NCBI GenBank assembly: GCA_040954595.2
Contig: CM082583.2
Span: 7,004,849-7,068,848 of the forward strand
Source: Balanoglossus misakiensis
Taxonomy: Eukaryota > Animalia > Hemichordata
Length of the DNA: 64,000 nt
Direction of reading: 5' to 3'
Shown here: positions 13,346 to 26,290 of the stretch, one piece after another
How positions within the stretch are numbered: the first letter of the stretch is position 1
How the letters are laid out: the number at the start of each line of letters is the position of its first letter
Translations under genes and position numbers: made by a program
Notes under the pieces: generated by a model
Told to the model about the DNA's origin: nothing
The model's database searches: none
What the model saw: the letters and a program-made list of their open reading frames with translations, nothing else

Positions 13346-13897
13346 GAGCAGTGAGTCATGCAGAATTTCTGTTTAGTATTCCCTAAGAACAACATGCGCT
13401 ACATGTGCACAGATGCGCAGCTGCCTTGTTCTTGGGAATGTTAAACTGAAATCATGTCCTTTAAGAGCTTGTTGCAATAGGCTGATTATTAAATGTGGAT
13501 GTCAGTGGTCATGTGACTTTATTAAATAGAACAATCACCATTCCACTTTTACTTGCAAAGTTGATCTTAATTTAATATGCATATTTTGTTGTAAATAACT
13601 TAATTTTGCAAGGTCATATTTCAAAGTCTAAGAACATAAGTGTCATTGTTGCTTTTCTGATATATTTTTGTGTACTTTTATATGAGTTTGCATATTTGTC
13701 TTGATGAAATAAAGTTCATGATGTGTCATCTGTGTGTATATTCCTTTGCACTTTGAAGTCAATATTCACAAACGATGAGGAGCTTACGGACTTGTATTTT
13801 ATTTCCAAATGAAAAAAAAAATGATTTACATGCACTGGAAGGAGCATATACGTAGGAAGAGTAGAAATGTCATAACATCACTATTGTGCGTACGACT

Positions 13898-13990
13898 TTA
13901 ACCCTTCCACCCCCCTTTTCCCTCTGCAGAGGTCCATCTTCGCTATAGAAAACAACAGATTTGGACCAAACCACGGTGGTGAATGGGTTA
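13898..13990. mobile_element. ~90-bp non-autonomous TIR mini-element (piggyBac-like ends)
   Basis: ttaacccttccacc ... ggtggtgaatgggtta inverted ends (TTAA-CCC...GGG-TTA); homologous to 723-814 in the opposite orientation. Confidence 0.6.
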
Positions 13991-14300
13991 TTGGGCCATT
14001 TTCCAAACTTGACCAAAGCAGTGACACCAGCCTCTGATCTATAACTCGATGCTACCACTAAAATAGTACTTTATTGAAATTACACTCTATTTGTAATTTT
14101 TAAATCTCCACAAAGTAAATGCGTTCTGACTTGCGTACGCCATTTTCACATTGTGGGAAGTAAATATACAAAGTATATAATGATCATGAGGAAAAGTTCT
14201 AAAATGCTGTGTCTTGTCAAACACTGCACAATTTCCTGAAATTCACTTATCGTTTATCAAGCAAAAGACTAATGCTGTTGGCTTGTACTGTTACTCCAAA

Positions 14301-16677
14301 TCACCTGAACCCAAGGTACTTCTTCAGGAAAACTTTGTAAGTTGAGGAGTTCATAAACCCAATAAATAACAACAAAAGAGCGTAGAAGAGCATGATTGTG
14401 ATCATCTGATGATTTCTGATCCAGGTGATTATCTTGGATGACTGACTTCTGGTCCTGTCAATGGAAAATGAAAGTATATTGTCACTACACACCTATCGTC
14501 CTAAAGCGTACATGCATACTATTTAAAGCTATTAAACTAGACAACCTGTGGACCAATATTTGCGTTCAAAACTGCTCTACAATAAGAATCCACGAAGCTT
14601 TCTTTAGAACAGTGGACAGGTTTGAGAGGTTTTAAAAGACTAAACATAAAACCATGGCACATGTACTACATGTGAAATGCTACGGTACCTTGGTTGAGTT
14701 TTGCTGGCAAATACCAACAGATATTTGACCCTGATGACCTGGTTGCTTGTCACGACGTAATACTTCTCTGGCACATCACCACCGAGACTGGAGGGTGCCT
14801 GTGCTCTTGAGCGATTTACATTGTTTTGCCTGTCTGGTAAACAATGCAAAGAAGAAACTTCATCAGTGGAGTTCTAACATGGGAGGTAACATTCTCCTGT
14901 GGTTAAAAATATACGGCATGTCCATCAACTGGGCTTGATAAACAGTCGTTGACCAACTGTGAATTCATGCATTATATGGTTACCTTTGACAGTGCATTTG
15001 ACATGAGGGTGATCCACCATCTCGCAGACGGCAACACAGCTGAGTGTTCCCCCTATCCGACTGTTGTTCCATCCGCCACCAGCCGGTGCATAGGGCATGG
15101 TTACACACAGGTCACTAGATAGGTAGGTACCCTCACCAAATAGAGAAGTCTAAAATCGAATGGGATGAGAGAATTCTTTGAAAATTGAGTTTTTACGTTG
15201 CGATTCCACCAATGTTGAAATGTCCACTATTATGAGTTTGAAGACACTAATACAGCCTTCTACAGTTAAATAAAATAATCACAGTTCCTATACACACTGT
15301 AAATGACTTACTTTGTTTAAGTGTGCATGAAGACCATTATGGAGAATTGAATGGAAATTTTCAAGTCGACTGCCATGGTATGCATAGAGGAGATCTCTGG
15401 ATTCACGGATTTCCTGAAACTTTGCGTCGCTGCTCTCGCTTGGAATAACTTCAAAAATATGGGTCGGTTCTATTTCATAACTTGGAGCACCGGTTAACTG
15501 TTTTATTTCTTCAAACTGAAAGATAATTTTTGACAACAGTTGGGGTACTATACGTGGTTTACATAACAACAGCTGCATTTATTTTAGGCATCTAAAGCAA
15601 ACCACAGATGCACAGTTGGTTGGTTAGTATGCCCAACTAACTATATATGAACTCTATAAGCCCAACACCGTTAAGAAATTCACAATTTCTGCCATCACTT
15701 TTGAGTCTGGTTTTCAGCCTGGTTTTTTGTGCAGTAATATGGGCTTTGCTCACACATGGTTGACACACTATCTCAAAATACACACAGATTAAAACAGCTC
15801 CCTATTCAATGTGCTGACCATCTGTCATACTTTGTTATGTTCCCAATGCTTTGTAGTCTTTCAGATATATATATGGTAATGTGTGTGGGTGTTGTATTCA
15901 GCTTTGCCATAATTAAGAAATGTATGAAATTCTGATAACATTTCAGTCAAAGTGTAGTAGATCAAGAAATATATGAAATTCTGATCAAAATTCCAGACAA
16001 AATGTAATGATTGTGAAGTTGTGAATTTGGTGTAATTTCAAATTTGTTGAAAAATGGTCTATCCAGTTGCTTCATTATACAAATTTTCTGGAATATTGAA
16101 CACAATCTGCTGGTATTTCAGTTTTTTTATGTAATATACAAGTGCCTCATTAGAATATAAACAAAATATGATTCGAAAGTGATCTGTATGTAGTTTACTT
16201 TACCTTTGTTTTGCTGTGAGATTTCAAGCTGAAATTCCTAGCATTCAACACCCACTCTAACAATTCAACAGTTTCTTTGTCCATATTTGATGCGCTGTCA
16301 TTTTTCATGTCTTTGATTGTTGACAAATGCTGACAAAGATATTGCTGAAAGTAAATAAAAACAATCATAGTGAAATGCAACATAGACAGAATCAGCTAAA
16401 GAGTGAGGGCGTATAAGGTTGGTACATTACTAGAGTCATCATATATATCGGTTGCAATGCTACACTGAACTTGACTGTCTTGGATGGGCAGAGCGTTGAG
16501 GCGACTTACCAAACTCTTGTACTCCTTTTCCCCGTCATCATTTATAAACATTGGTGGGAAGGGCCGCAGGACAGTGTCATGTCGATAACTTTGAGCCGCA
16601 GCAATGAATAAACTTATCAGAGCGTCCGCGGCGACGGGGTCCTCGTCAAGTTTGGCAAGAATTCTTTCTCTTGACAT
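14301..16677 (-). CDS. PARP16: Mono-ADP-ribosyltransferase PARP16 (tail-anchored, ~325 aa, 6 coding exons)
   Basis: Minus-strand exons 16677-16510, 16344-16204, 15515-15312, 15149-14984, 14833-14689, 14454-14301; GT-AG, 978 nt. Motifs [85 protein letters not shown] (H-Y-Y triad) and a C-terminal TM helix [20 protein letters not shown]. Confidence 0.95.
15914..16011. repeat. Two-copy ~49-bp imperfect tandem duplication in PARP16 intron 2
   Basis: aagaaatgtatgaaattctgataacatttcagtcaaagtgtagt at 15915 and aagaaatatatgaaattctgatcaaaattccagacaaaatgtaat at 15964. Confidence 0.7.
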
Positions 16678-17075
16678 CGCTGAAACGATTGTATGTTTTG
16701 CATGTAGATTTGAGTACCACAAAGTCTATATAATAATTTCTCCTGTGGCACACGTCATGATCATCACACACTGGCCCGGCTTCTGCTCCAGGTTACGTCA
16801 CTTGTTTTTAGTAAGTACACATCAACTTCCGGTATTCTGCTGTAAATTTCTGCCGACCCATGGTGCAATGCGAAGGTAACATACTTTTTGAGAATCACCG
16901 ACGAATTCATTTGATGGATTTTAGATTATAGATGTTTTACATTTATCTTAAAAGTTATGCACAAAAAATCAACAAAATGTAATTTTGGAAGTCTTTGTCC
17001 AAAAGTAATAATTTAGCCTAACCTTAAGTGACCTCTGACCCTTTCGTACGATTGAAGGTTATGATAATATGCAAG
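16678..17075. promoter_or_regulatory. Probable bidirectional promoter PARP16/AK6
   Basis: Start codons are divergent and only ~400 bp apart. ETS/GABP-type ACTTCCGGT at ~16826; YY1-like CAAGATGGC overlaps the AK6 ATG. Confidence 0.6.
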
Positions 17076-20000
17076 ATGGCCACCTTCACAGCTGAAGCGC
17101 GACCTTCTCCCAACATTTTAGTGACGGGTAAGTCTGGGTTTTGTGATTACTGTTATTTTTCGACTTGGTGTGAAGTGGAAGAGAGAACCCCGATTTTCTT
17201 TAGCCAAATCCATCGAAATGTTTCGCCAAAATTGATGATTTTCTACCATTATAAATGACGCTGTCCGTCCTGGCTGCAAGGCCCCTTACGTTCGATCAGC
17301 ATGTCAACACAACAGAACAGCCAGCTACAGCGAAGATACCGTTCAGTTAATTGTTTACGATGGAAAACTGACCGTGATAGTTAAGCGTCAGCCATATATC
17401 GATCAGGGTCATAACTGACGGCGCTGGCTTCTGTATGCCTTGCTTTATCAGATTTTACACCATTTTACTATTTTCGATAAGACGCCGCGACCGACCGCGT
17501 TGCGCCATTCCCCCGAATCAAAATAAACCCGCAGGTCACACAGCACAGCGGCCGTAGTGTTGTCACAAACAGTGAAACTCGTTAAAAACATGTATCCAGA
17601 ATCACAGTAGTGGCTGTCTTTTCAATGTTTGTAGTGAATAATTGAAAAACAAATTTACCATTTTATTAGAGATTTAATTTAAGTCAACAATTTTTGCGTT
17701 TTATAATGGCATCTTTATTCATTATATTAAAAATATTCCTCACAATGGATTGTTTATAAATATATTTCTTTTTAATTCCTTTTGATTGGCCAGCTAAATT
17801 TCAAATTTCAAGGGCGTTTCGTTTTATTTCACATTGACTGTGTCCTTCCTTTTCATTAAGTATGCGAAATTGACATGAAATATATAATCAGAGGTGAAAC
17901 TGAACTTTGACCTTTAATATTTCTCATATCACACATTTCTTCAGGTACCCCTGGGACAGGAAAATCCACCCTATGCCAAGAGGTTGCTCAGCGTCTTGGG
18001 ATGAACTACATCAATGTTGGAGACATGGCCAAGGAGAAAGAACTGTATGAAGGATGGGATGAAGAATATCAGTGCCCTGTCCTTGATGAAGATAGAGTAA
18101 GTACTCTGTGGTTTTGATTTGAGATTTTTGTGCTCATTATATGCTGGCGTAGATTGAGAAACCTGTCAGTCGTGATCAGTTTCAAGCTTGGTCTGAAAAC
18201 AAAACCAGCTAGCAGATATTTTGCCTGTACAAAGGTTTCACCTATGGCAGCATATCATATGCTGGACACATGGCATTTTTGGGGTCACGTTGTCTGAAGT
18301 GAATAGTGTACATTTGTAAATAAATTCTACTTCATGTTTACACTAGATCCAAACAGCTGTGAATCGTAAACTGACGAATGCTAGTGTCGCCAACAGTTCA
18401 TACTGAGATCTAAACAAACTACCAAAATAAATTCTGACTATATCATGGCTGAATACATTTACCAGTTACATGTATGTGTATTTCCAAAAAAACATATTTG
18501 GTTAAAAGAGTCAATGGGTGATTTTTGACCATAGTTCAAAATATGGTGCCATGAAACACATGTTTATGTTCATTATTTTGTATACATTGTATCTTGGCAT
18601 GTTGTCAGCACAGGTCAGAGGCGGATATTATCATTGCGTGGCTGATCCAATGGCCTTTAATTAAATTGGCAGCTCACCCTGGAGCAAGCTTTTATCACTG
18701 GAGTGGACAAATCAATTTTTTTTTCTGTTTTGCTTTGAATTTTTATGTTTATTTTGGTCCTTCATGGCTGACAGCCTTGTATTCATAAGATGTTTTAATC
18801 CCACAAGACAACATTTAGTTTCACAAGCAAGCGTGTTAACAGTTCTGCCTTCATTATTACGATGACCTTATAGGTAACCTACCATAAATTGAAAACAAAA
18901 ATGACTTCAAACACAGCCATCGTTCATTTGTGTATCGGGTGATAATACGATTTGTTTTATAAAACTGTATCCACTGAGATCTAATACACCTTTTTAATGG
19001 AAATATGCCAGAGTTATTTTTACTCGCTTGAAATTGAAAAATAAAAAAATAATACAGGGAAAGAGCTGATTATGTAGATCATGTGAATTATGCATCTTTT
19101 AATTTAATTTTCACAACGAGTTGGGCCTGGCATTGTCAATTATCATCGTCATGAAAAATAATTACGGTGAATGGATTGATTGTCATTCTGTCAGATAATT
19201 ACATCACTAAACATACAGGAACTGCAATATAGGTTGTTATTCCCTACATTCCCAACCTTTTGTCTTTTTTCAGAGAAAGAAACCACAGAAAATAATCTTC
19301 TATTTGAATTTTACTTCAGAGAAAAATAGATAATGACTTAGCCAAGTGATTAATACAATGTATGTCAAGAGATTAGAAAAGGCAGGAAAGCATATATTTT
19401 GCTACACACACACATACTTTTTGGTATCTTTGGGATAATCAGAGCAGAAAAAACTTGAGATTGAAGATAGTATGAGATGTTATGTAAAAGATTACTGAAT
19501 CACCGACATATAAATGATCACTGCTATATCAAATGCAAGATAAATTTATCTTAGGTTATCCCCTCTTGTTAATGGTGGATGAAATTTTGATTTCTTTGTT
19601 TATTATTGTTCATTTCAGATCATTGATGAGTTGGAAGATGTAGTGCGGGATGGCAACTGTGTTCTGGATTATCACAGTTGTGAGTTTTTCCCGGAGAGAT
19701 GGTTCGATCTCATCTTTGTCCTGCGAACAGACAACACTATTCTCTACAACAGACTTGAAGCAAGGTACGCTGTTAATTCTACCCACACAAATATTCTGCA
19801 ATCTGCACATCCAGTTGTCTACAAACACAAAGTGCCGAGAATAATGAAATTATCACTTTTCTAAACTGTAAGGCTCTTACACTGAGGCGCCCTCAACCGT
19901 TTAGCAAAGGAAAACACTTGGTACACATGCAATCATAAGTCTGCAAAGGCAGCGAGAGGGGCTGTGAGAGTGTCTAGCTTTGTGCATGACTTGATGGTTC

Positions 20001-20249
20001 TCAATTCCCCTCAACCTGTCCTGTTTGGTCACTACTTTTTCTCATTGTCATGTTAGGGGCTACACTGGTAGGAAACTGCAAGACAACATTCAGTGTGAGA
20101 TTTTCCAGACGATACTCGAAGAAGCGCGAAACTCATACTTGCCAAGCATTGTACACGAACTGTCCAGCAATGATCCCGAGGAGATCGACTCCAACATTGA
20201 AACAATCCGCTGCACCATACTCAAGTGGCAGATGAACAACCACACATAA
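17076..20249 (+). CDS. AK6: Adenylate kinase isoenzyme 6 (hCINAP/Fap7 family, ~180 aa, 4 coding exons)
   Basis: Exons 17076-17127, 17945-18096, 19619-19764, 20057-20249; GT-AG, 543 nt. P-loop PNILVTGTPGTGKST, then LYEGWDEEYQCPVLDEDR, DYHSCEFFPERWFDLIFVLRTDNTILYNRL, KLQDNIQCEIFQTILEEARNSY. Confidence 0.96.
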
Positions 20250-23200
20250 CAACCGTCGACGGCCCTTTTATTTTTAAAACAATAACTCTGCAACTGACAG
20301 CAGTTGCCATCTTGTCTGCAGCTAGCTGCAGACGCACACCAGTCAACACTCACCATGGTAGGAGACTCACTGAGCAGTCTCAGTGAACCCCACCTCACGC
20401 AAGGTCACACATCCTGGTACTTTCAGGACAGCACATTGTAAATTCACCTACTGAAAAAATCTAGATAAATAAAACTGTGATATGAATGCCATCTCACATC
20501 CGATATGTAATCCCTTTGGTGTATTTTGGATTATAATGTTTATGTTCACAAAAGACTGAATTTGACATTATGCAGGAAGGATTTACAACTGCAGACTGTC
20601 TTGAAAACTCCAGGGTGTGTTTTAGTCTTAGTGTAACCACAGGCAACTAAACAGTTTATACTTTTAGATGCAGTCCCTATAATATTCCTCGTGTTTTGAT
20701 AACTGTTGTGGCATAGTTTGCATCTTCTCAGAGGTCCTCCGTATGCAGCAATAACAATCAATTCAAATACCTTGATCAATATACAGTAATGATGCTGCAA
20801 TTGTGAATTTATTTGCATCATGTCAACGGTCAAAGTGATTATTTTTTTCTCAGGGAATGGCAAGCTTAGGTGGAGTCTGTGAACTTGTATTTTTGTGTGT
20901 AATTTGTGGAATGGGCTGGTAAATACCCCGTGGAGTTTAAGCAATATTTACGTTGTGTGTACAGCGCTGGATCCTTACGGTTTCTGTGAACTTTGAACTT
21001 GCTGATGATGTCTTGTGTGACTGTTCAGTGATTGCGAAGGGGAAACATAGTCTTTGGTGTTTATGCCACGTCCGTTGCTTGCTGTTAGGCAGTCGTCAAA
21101 GTGTGCAAAACTTTGTGTCCAAATTGTGAATAGGCAAAATTTGGACCATTGCGTCCTGCAGTGGCTGTGGCGTATCAACATTGAGCCCACCATGTTGGCG
21201 TGATTGACAGATATTCTCGGTGACTGGCAGCTGTATTGCAAAAAATAACTGTTTCTTCTTTGACTGACTACAGATGTGATGTTTACGTTGCCAGATGGCA
21301 CACTCTGTGTATTTCTGATGAAACTATCGGTCGCTTGTGATGTATTGGGAATGTAGACAATGGGTGGATCCAAAACTCTGAAAGGAATTTAATTTCATGC
21401 TGTTATGAGTGTAGTGTGTAGAAAAAGATGGTAGGGGATACCAACTTGTCACTGACCATACGCTGGTACTGATTGATATATTTCAATTTTAAAGGTCTGC
21501 AAATGAGTAAATAAAACAATTCTTGCAGTGTTGGTTTAGCTGATTCAGTATCAAACAAAACTAGGTACTGATGTCTTGAGACTTTGTAATAATGTAGGTG
21601 GTATGCTTACCTGTCCGATTCAACACCACCTCCGATTCTGCCATTATTCGGTTTCCTTTATTTGTATGTACAGATTTTCATGATGTCATTCTGGTGAAGT
21701 AATTTACCCCCATCGCGCAAAACTAAAACCATCTGTGACCTTTGTGTTTAAGCTGCCACCAGGGCTTAGTCTTTACGGACTGAATATTTTGTTTGGATGT
21801 TTAAAGATGGTTTTTCTCTGCTGCTAAAGGCAACAATAGATTTCATGATAAATATTTTTGCTGAGGGGAAATCCTCTGGTTCAGATTTTGGAAGAAAAAC
21901 AACCAACTGTGAATAGGTCACAGTTGCTGTGAAGGCAAGCGTGAAATTGGACAAACAGGTTATGATGAACTATGCTTGTTATCGACTCTTTTTTCTGATA
22001 TGAAGGCACAGTAGTTGAACACCCAAGAGCAATACATTTCAACTATATTATTAAAGAAACAACTGAAGTTTGACATCACAGTTATCCATCCCCTGCATAT
22101 CTTTCAGGTTTTTTCTTCAAGTTTTTTTCTAAAGATGTTTGTCATCGCTGTATATATGCATATTTTTGTAGACAATATTGGCACTTTTTTTTTTATTCTT
22201 GTTGAATATTTATCAAATGTGTAGAAGTTATGCTATTGCATACCTAGCACATTTATGCCCAACAGAATGCAACGATTATCTTATGCAGTTTATTTTTCAT
22301 TCAGTTACTTGACTTGATTTCCCCTTTCAGAGAATAGATTGAGTCATCCCGAGCTTCTGTGTCAGAAACATCAGTGGCAGTCTGTTGATAGCAGACCGTT
22401 CTGCATTTCCTATCGGTTGTTTTCATTTGTGCCAAAAGTCAACCTGGTGCTCTTTTCTCAACTGTCAATCACACTTCTTTGACACTTGTCAATCATGCTT
22501 GATTTGCATACAATGACTTTTCCCCTTTTGAGTGCTATTTTGATGATTTAAAGGGATTGGTTTCCGTGAGATTTTTATCATTTCTCTTGTCGTGCCTTAT
22601 TTTTTCAGCAAGAATAATTCCCAGTATTGGATTTTGAATATTACAGTCAGGATATTTCTGAAAATGCTATATCTTGATTGACAAGGGTATTACAAGTATT
22701 ATTTTACGAAATTTTATTTTCAAACGAAGATATATTTGGGATTGTTATTTTGTAAGTCATACAATTGATAATAACTTTTATGATAATTATTGCAAATATT
22801 CCGATTTTACCCCAATATTGAAATTGAACTTCAAGCACCAAAAATGCAAACTCCTCAAGCTGTCGGGGGTTTAAGCTTTTAAGAAACTATTGACATGTGC
22901 TGCAGTAACAAAAGTCTGTAATTAATCCAGCGCTTATAAATTATATCTGTACCAATGTCTGCACTACTGGAAGTGCAGAATTACAGAAAAACGTGTAGTT
23001 ACCTGTTTTCATCAAATTTCCTTGCGTTGACCAATGTTACTAGTGCTACAGGAAATCAACAGTGACGTGTTGAACTTTTAGGGGAGATGCAACCATAGTA
23101 CTGTTAGAAGACCAGCATGGGATACCTCTGATTGGTTAAATGCCAATGACATCATCATTATTTGTGTAGATTTGTACACAAGTTGCCCTGTGTGTATCAC

Positions 23201-24260
23201 CATTAATATTTACATTCCACGCATAAAATTCAGGTTTTTATTTGACCTCAGACTTTTTGCTGATGCTGCTGTGTTTTGAAGTATATATAATGCAATATAT
23301 CAGTTAAGTTAAAGTAGTGTGTACTCTAACGCTAACCCATGGATTAGTACTCGGTGTGTATTGGTGTGAGCTTGCTGATAGCTGAATTTTACTCAAGAAA
23401 TATGAAAACCCGAACTGTGTGTTTTGAAGTGATAAAAGTCCTGTACTAATATTAAGTACCAATGTACCATTGTAGATTTCACTGTAAAACTTGATCTTTA
23501 TTGGTCATTCTACTTTGTCAGTCTCATGCATTGGCAGCTGATTGGTTGATGATATTTGTCAGTCTCAGAGCAGGCTAATGATTGGTCAACCAATTCATTC
23601 TCTCCTGGAAAGTGTTTGCTGATTGGTTCATCCTCGTTCACAAAGACTCCCTTTTCTCTTTGTCTACATAAATTCATTACTTCTTTGAATGTGTGAGTGT
23701 CTCTTCAGAAAGCACATCTTGGAATACCAGTAACTGTCTTCTAGACTCTGTTAATGTCTATGTAAAATTCCATTAATATTGTAATTAACACAATATGTAA
23801 ATTACAATACGTTGAGGTGTTCCTGTGTACGTGTTGATCATCTGATGATGATACTGTTTGTGCCTTGTACTAAATGGCAGGGTTATTTTCTAAAGTCAGA
23901 TATTCTATTCTATTTTAGTGTAGTCTGTTCTATTCTGGTGATGAGAGGTTTATTGAATGATACATTTGCACTTCAATCAGTGGGCATCGAAACGTTGTCT
24001 TTTATCGGTCTCTTCAAACGGCCCAGATGGTTTGGCGAAATGAATATATTTTGTCTCATATAAGAGATCCGATACTCCGAACTGTACAGGTGTTTGTCCC
24101 TTAAGCCAGGATCTGAAATATCTTTCTCTTCCCAAGCCATACAATTCCCTCAAACTCACATCTGTGACGGTGTTACGGTAGAATTGGGTCGAACACCCCG
24201 ATCTTTGAAGTAAACAGAAAAAGGCAAAGTTTCGATGCAAGACTAGTGTCTTATTTGGTG

Positions 24261-24358
24261 TAGCCTGGTCCCCCCATACCCCAGTGTGTTTTAGATAGAC
24301 TCACACCTAGTGTGTGAATCTACATTGTAAAACCCACTGAGGTCTGGATACCAGGCTA
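24261..24358. mobile_element. 98-bp hairpin MITE with perfect 9-bp TSD
   Basis: tagcctgg ... ccaggcta termini. Internal arms cagtgtgttttagatagactcacac / gtgtgaatctacattgtaaaacccactg are imperfect inverted repeats. Flanked by tatttggtg at 24252-24260 and 24359-24367. Confidence 0.8.
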
Positions 24359-26166
24359 TATTTGGTGGTGATCTTGAAAGAATGACCTCTGTGTATGCAG
24401 TACTGTCTTCTTGTAGAGTACATTCAGATGACAACATTGACAATATTTAAAGACTTATTTTATAGTCAAAAGAGTTGTAATATTCTTTACTTGTGTGAAC
24501 TTTACATCTATGTATTCTCCCCACTGGAATTAATCTTTTTTTTCTATCAGAGATTTTTTTACAATCTGACAAAACTACTGGTAACACATTATGTATACGC
24601 TGTCTTGACAGAATGCACAGTTAATTCTGTACGTACATAAGATGTTTTCTGTACAGTTATTTTATCTGTTTCTACAAAGTTGCATTCTTTGCTGCAGTGA
24701 AGGAATCAATTTTGACAGCATATTTCCAACAGTGTAAGCATGAAGGCAGGCTGGCAGGTGGGCAGTTCAGTTAGACTCTTATAACTTCAAGCTTATGTAG
24801 GTACTCTGTGTTATAGGTAGTTTTCAAGGGATGTGTGACCTGCTTCGCTGCTTGTGGTGGAATCATTTACTGTCGATGGCCAGAATGACTGCTTATTTTG
24901 TTTGGTCATTTCACTGCAGCTGATAAAAAATCATATGTTGCATATCATGATACTTTAGGGAAAGATTTTAATTTGCTGCAAGGAAAGAATATTTTTTCTA
25001 CACTAACAGAACCACTGTGATCTCATTTGTTCTGATCTGCAACTCTGAATTCGCTCAGATGACCAACTATTTTGCTTCAGTAAATTTAATATAGATTTTA
25101 TAGCAAGATATGCCTGCTGCAGCAAAGTTACAATGTAACTTCTTATAGATTTCTTACAAAGATTCCAGTGCCTAATTTCTTTCAGTATTATTCCCTCGGT
25201 TTTCAAGAAGATCAAATCCTAGACACACAAATCTATATAGTACACAGATACCAAGAGATTGGATTGCAAGCACACACTATGTATTGTCTGTAAACCAATA
25301 AACATTTCAGTGTATCAGAATATTGAATTGTGGTGGGGTTTTTTGGATGTAAAAATGTTGTCTTTATTATACTGGAAATCATCTGATCTGTGGTTGCTGT
25401 GTGTGACAACATTTTGCCTTGTTACTGAAAGATGCCAGACAGTTCTTGCATATCCTGCGATATACCTGGTAATGTTTAACTTCTTTCGAGAAATTTTCCA
25501 AGACAGAATTCAGATGAAGGGGCATCATTTTTCACACATCTTCAGTGTAAAGGACTTTTCTTCAAACTCCCAGTGGAAAGAAAATCATGAGCCCATATTA
25601 TTTACTTATATTGCCAAAATGCATCAATATAATCAGAGTTCAAGTTTAGTACAAAGGCCAAGAAGTGTACAATGCATGGGTTTATGTGTTATCTTCACAT
25701 TATTTGTCTGTTGATAGCAATGAATGTAATGTATCAATCAGATTGGTAATGTATGAGCTGTGTGACAAAGGTGAATACTGGATAATTCAATGCACTTTCA
25801 AGTGGTAGCACATAAAAAACTATTGACAAAATTATCAAAATTTACAACTAATGGAGTAAAAGGGTCTCTGCATCATCTGTGGAATTAAGGTGACCGCTAT
25901 TGTTATCTGGACTTTAATGATTTCAATGGAGGTTAGGCCTTCGGATGCAGTCAATAAGACTGATAAAATTTGATTGCTTTTGTTAGTCTGGAAGGATCCA
26001 GTGTGAACGTGTAAAATCAAGAAAGCAGCAAGCGAAGATATGACGATTTTGCAAACTTTGTGGCGACATTCAATCGATTTAATGCACATCAAATTTATTG
26101 CCTTTTCGTGATGTCACCAACGCTGCTGCATGCAGTAGGGTTGCCTGCATCTCCTCAATGTTAGTC

Positions 26167-26290
26167 GTCGCCCTGGCAACGGTTGCGAATTCTAACTTGT
26201 GCGCAGGCGCACACGAAAAGGCTAGTTAGCGGTCTGCCAATGAGGGGAATTTGCATGATAATTATTACACGGCCAGGCGCTTTATATTGT
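26167..26290 (+). promoter_or_regulatory. Promoter-like motif cluster (RFX X-box, NRF1-like, CCAAT, octamer)
   Basis: GTCGCCCTGGCAAC 26167-26180; TGCGCAGGCGCA ~26200-26211; GCCAATGA ~26236; ATTTGCAT ~26250. CpG-rich sequence follows, with a CAG|gtaat donor at ~26470. Confidence 0.45.

Noticed and set aside
20375-20391. Iron-responsive element (CAGTGA loop) in the AK6 3' UTR
   Set aside because: The five bases on each side of the loop (agtct / acccc) do not pair.
25259-25714. 151-aa ORF and other short ORFs in 22-26 kb
   Set aside because: Non-ATG starts, UTR-like AT-rich composition, and no motifs or consistent + strand exon chain.
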